Shown here: one piece after another, positions 61,579-64,000 of the stretch | How positions within the stretch are numbered: the stretch's first letter is position 1 | Layout of the letters: each line of letters begins with the position of its first letter | From: Hyphomonadaceae bacterium | GTDB lineage: Bacteria > Pseudomonadota > Alphaproteobacteria > Caulobacterales > Hyphomonadaceae | Direction: 5' to 3' | NCBI GenBank assembly: GCA_041398225.1 | Contig: JAWKVD010000016.1 | Span: 11,177 to 75,176 of the forward strand | Length of the DNA: 64,000 bases | The notes under the pieces: model-generated | Databases searched by the model: none | What the model saw: only the letters and a program-made list of their open reading frames with translations | Told to the model about the DNA's origin: nothing | Translations under genes and position numbers: made by a program

Positions 61579-62664
61579 ATGGACGGCTCCTTCGAGCACG
61601 ACGAAGCGCAAGCCGCTGCGCCCGCCCACCCCGCGAAAAAGGGCCTGTCGCCAAGACGCCGCCGCCTGATCCTGATGATCGCGCCGCCCGTTGTGGTCGC
61701 CGCCCTCGTCGCCGGCTGGCTCATCCTCGTCGCTGGGCATGTCTCAACCGATGATGCGCAGATCTCGGCGGCTCGTGCGCCGATCAGCTCCAGCGTTCAT
61801 GCCCGCGTGGTCGAGGTGATGGTCCAGGAGAACCAGCAGGTCCATGCCGGCGATGAACTGGTCCGCCTCGACAGCGGCGACTTCGCATTGGCTGTGGCGC
61901 AGGCGGAAGCGCGCGTGAGCGCGGCGCGCCTGCAAGTCGATGCGCTGCGCGCCACCTATCGCAAGGCGGCGGCCGATCTGAAGACGGCGTCAACCGAGTC
62001 GGCGTTCCGCAAGACCGAGCTTGCCCGTCAGGACAGTCTCCTCAAAGCCGGCCTTGTCTCGCAACAGACCTACGATCAGGCCCGCAATGCCGCGGATGTC
62101 GCCGACCGCAACCAGGCGGCCGCATCCGAAGCGCTGGCCAACGCGCTGGCCAATCTGGGCGGGTCCGCGAACATCGCAGCCGACCAGCATCCGCTGGTGA
62201 TGCAGGCGCAGGCGGCGCTCGATCAGGCGAAGAGCGATCTTGCCGACACCTCAATCCGCGCGCCTTCAGATGGCGTTGTGACCAAGGTGAGCCAACTGCA
62301 GCCGGGCGCCTATGTCGAGCCTGCCAGAACCCTGTTCTGGATTGTCTCCGGCAAACCCTGGGTTGATGCCGCGTTCAAGGAGAACCAGCTGCAGAACCTG
62401 CGTGTCGGGCAGCCGGCGACGATCCACGTCGACGCCTTTCCGAAAGCGCGCCTGACGGGCCACATCGCGAGCTTCTCTCCTGGCACGGGGGCCAGCTTCG
62501 CCGTGCTTCCCGCGGAAAACGCGACGGGCAACTGGGTTCGAGTGGTTCAGCGCCTCAACGTGCGGATCGAACTGGACGAAACTCCCGCCGACCTGCCGCT
62601 CGCCATCGGCCTTATGGCAACCGTGACGGTTGACACGAACAAAGAGGCCAAGGGCGACAACTAG
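61579..62664 (+). CDS. HlyD/EmrA-family membrane-fusion (periplasmic adaptor) protein
   Basis: A single TM helix, then VSTDDAQISAARAPISSSVHARVVEVMVQENQQVHAGDELVRLD, a coiled-coil, then IRAPSDGVVTKV.... This is the typical EmrA layout. Confidence 0.8.
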   Translation: MDGSFEHDEAQAAAPAHPAKKGLSPRRRRLILMIAPPVVVAALVAGWLILVAGHVSTDDAQISAARAPISSSVHARVVEVMVQENQQVHAGDELVRLDSGDFALAVAQAEARVSAARLQVDALRATYRKAAADLKTASTESAFRKTELARQDSLLKAGLVSQQTYDQARNAADVADRNQAAASEALANALANLGGSANIAADQHPLVMQAQAALDQAKSDLADTSIRAPSDGVVTKVSQLQPGAYVEPARTLFWIVSGKPWVDAAFKENQLQNLRVGQPATIHVDAFPKARLTGHIASFSPGTGASFAVLPAENATGNWVRVVQRLNVRIELDETPADLPLAIGLMATVTVDTNKEAKGDN

Positions 62665-62666
62665 CC

Positions 62667-64000
62667 ATGGATGAGGTCATTCCAGCCACGCCGCAGGCGC
62701 CGGCCGCTCAGGCCTATGGCGAATATCCAGAACCTGGCCGCCGCGCGCTGATCACGGCGGGCCTCGTTCTCACCACCCTGATGACGGCGATCGACGGCAC
62801 GATCGCGAACACCGTGCTGCCGCAGATTCGGGCTTCGGTGTCGGCGTCGCAGGACGAGATCCTGTGGGTGCTGACCTCCTTCATCCTCGCAAGCACGGTC
62901 GTCACGCCGGCGATTGGCTGGCTGGAGCGCTATTTCGGCCGTCGCAATCTGCTGCTGTTCGCCCTCGTGGGCTTCACCGCCGCCTCTGTTCTCTGCGGGA
63001 TCGCGACCGGCATCGTGGAACTGGTGGTCTACCGCGTGTTGCAGGGCGCAACCGCGGCTGTCTTCATCCCGCTGTCGCAAGCCATACTCCTCGACATCAA
63101 CCCGCCCGAGGACCATGCCCGCGCCATGTCGATCTGGGGCATGGGCGCCGTCCTTGGTCCAATCCTGGGCCCCATCCTCGGCGGCCTGCTCACCGAACAT
63201 CTCAACTGGCGCTGGGTGTTCTTCATCAACATTCCGATCGCCGTGGTCGGCTTTCTCATCATGGCCGCGACCCTGCCGCGACGCACCCGCCGCGAGCAGC
63301 AGAAATTCGACGGCTTCGGCTTCATCGCCCTGCTTGTCGCGCTCGTCGGGTTGCAGCTGGTGCTTGATCGCGGTCCCGGCGCAGAATGGTTCTCCTCGGT
63401 CGAGATCTGGATCTACGCAGGCTTCGCCGCACTGGGCGCGCACATCTTCTTCGTCCACATTTTCACGACCGAGCGGCCGATCATCCATCCGTCCATTCTC
63501 GGCGACCGCAACTATCTGCTCGCGGCCTTCATGATTCTGCTGATCGGCGTGTTGATGTTCGCCGGCATGGCCGTGCTGCCGACAATGATGCAGGGACTTT
63601 TGGGCTATCCGGTGCTCACCGCCGGCATGACGCAGGCCTCTCGCGGCGTTGGAACATTCATTTCCATGTTCCTGGTCGGACGGCTATCCGGCAAGTTCGA
63701 CAACCGTCTCATCATTTTCGTCGGCATCAGCCTGACCGGGTTGTCCTACTATCTGATGTCCGGCTTTTCGCTGCAGATGGACCAGGCGCCGATCGTCGTC
63801 TCCGGCCTTTTCCAGGGGCTGGGTCTCGGCCTTGTCTTCATTCCGCTGATGTCGATCGCCTTCACGACCATCCAGCCCGCGCTGCGTACGGAGGCTGCAT
63901 CCTTCTTCACATTGATCCGGAATATCGGCTCCAGCCTCGGCATCTCCGTTGTCGGCGCCCTGCAGATCTACAACTCGCGCATCGTCAGTTCGCAACTGAT
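62667..64000 (+). CDS. EmrB/QacA-type (DHA2) MFS efflux transporter, 3'-partial; absent from the supplied ORF track
   Basis: My own translation from ATG 62667 (2 nt after the adaptor stop): MDEVIPATPQ...LMTAIDGTIANTVLPQIRASVSASQDEILWVLTSFILASTVVTPAIGWLERYFGRRNLLL...YRVLQGATAAVFIPLSQAIL...GMGAVLGPILGPILGGLL...WRWVFFINIPI.... The frame is open to nt 64000 with no stop, which is why the track omits it. Confidence 0.8.
   Translation, partial: MDEVIPATPQAPAAQAYGEYPEPGRRALITAGLVLTTLMTAIDGTIANTVLPQIRASVSASQDEILWVLTSFILASTVVTPAIGWLERYFGRRNLLLFALVGFTAASVLCGIATGIVELVVYRVLQGATAAVFIPLSQAILLDINPPEDHARAMSIWGMGAVLGPILGPILGGLLTEHLNWRWVFFINIPIAVVGFLIMAATLPRRTRREQQKFDGFGFIALLVALVGLQLVLDRGPGAEWFSSVEIWIYAGFAALGAHIFFVHIFTTERPIIHPSILGDRNYLLAAFMILLIGVLMFAGMAVLPTMMQGLLGYPVLTAGMTQASRGVGTFISMFLVGRLSGKFDNRLIIFVGISLTGLSYYLMSGFSLQMDQAPIVVSGLFQGLGLGLVFIPLMSIAFTTIQPALRTEAASFFTLIRNIGSSLGISVVGALQIYNSRIVSSQL

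Noticed and set aside
1-64000. Search for tRNA, rRNA or tmRNA genes and CRISPR arrays, including a tRNA integration target next to the serine recombinase.
   Set aside because: No T-loop-like GGTTCGAATCC-type motif appears in a non-coding context. No regularly spaced direct repeats were seen. The only periodic repeats are coding (HxS, poly-Pro, Sel1) or IS-derived.

Overview
This window is high-GC accessory DNA that looks alphaproteobacterial. No tRNA, rRNA or CRISPR array was seen. It is a mosaic of functional modules separated by at least nine decayed insertion-sequence fragments (IS3/IS407-like and IS6-like), and none of them has an obviously intact transposase.

Modules, left to right:
1. 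1-6176: a giant protein that runs off the 5' edge (alpha/beta-hydrolase tail, long helical repeats, unknown C-terminal domain), translationally coupled to a 652-aa unknown partner.
2. 7.4-13.3 kb: a phage-like module with no capsid genes. It encodes a ParB-domain DNA methyltransferase, a DUF5681/small-terminase-like protein, a large terminase, DUF3489, DUF2924 and a large serine recombinase. An AT-rich repeat-bearing control region lies upstream.
3. 15.4-18.6 kb: a His-Xaa-Ser radical-SAM system (hxsB-hxsC-hxsA, overlapping genes). Its HxS-repeat substrate is fused to a poly-Pro linker and a peptidoglycan-binding domain. No hxsD is visible, and an IS scar sits directly upstream.
4. A GSU2403-type nucleotidyltransferase with a palindromic operator.
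5. 22.6-35 kb: an island of exported hydrolases (two carboxylesterases, two beta-lactamase-fold hydrolases), malonate uptake and activation genes (madLM, matB), and MmgE/PrpD and DapA-like enzymes.
6. A LuxR-HTH/alpha/beta-hydrolase fusion.
7. A four-gene operon of secreted Sel1-repeat proteins.
8. A TonB-dependent receptor/PepSY iron-uptake cluster.
9. 47.7-57.4 kb: an operon resembling polyvinyl-alcohol dehydrogenase plus oxidised-PVA hydrolase, with a TonB-dependent receptor, an SDR, acetoacetyl-CoA synthetase and a tandem TetR.
10. A CobW/COG0523 GTPase bracketed by IS6 remnants.
11. LysR with EmrAB. The emrB-like gene runs off the 3' edge and is missing from the ORF track.

The best candidates for new biology are the giant-protein/partner pair, the atypical Hxs system, the capsid-less terminase-recombinase module and the PVA-like operon.

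All family assignments come from motifs recognised by eye and from memory. No database search was run.
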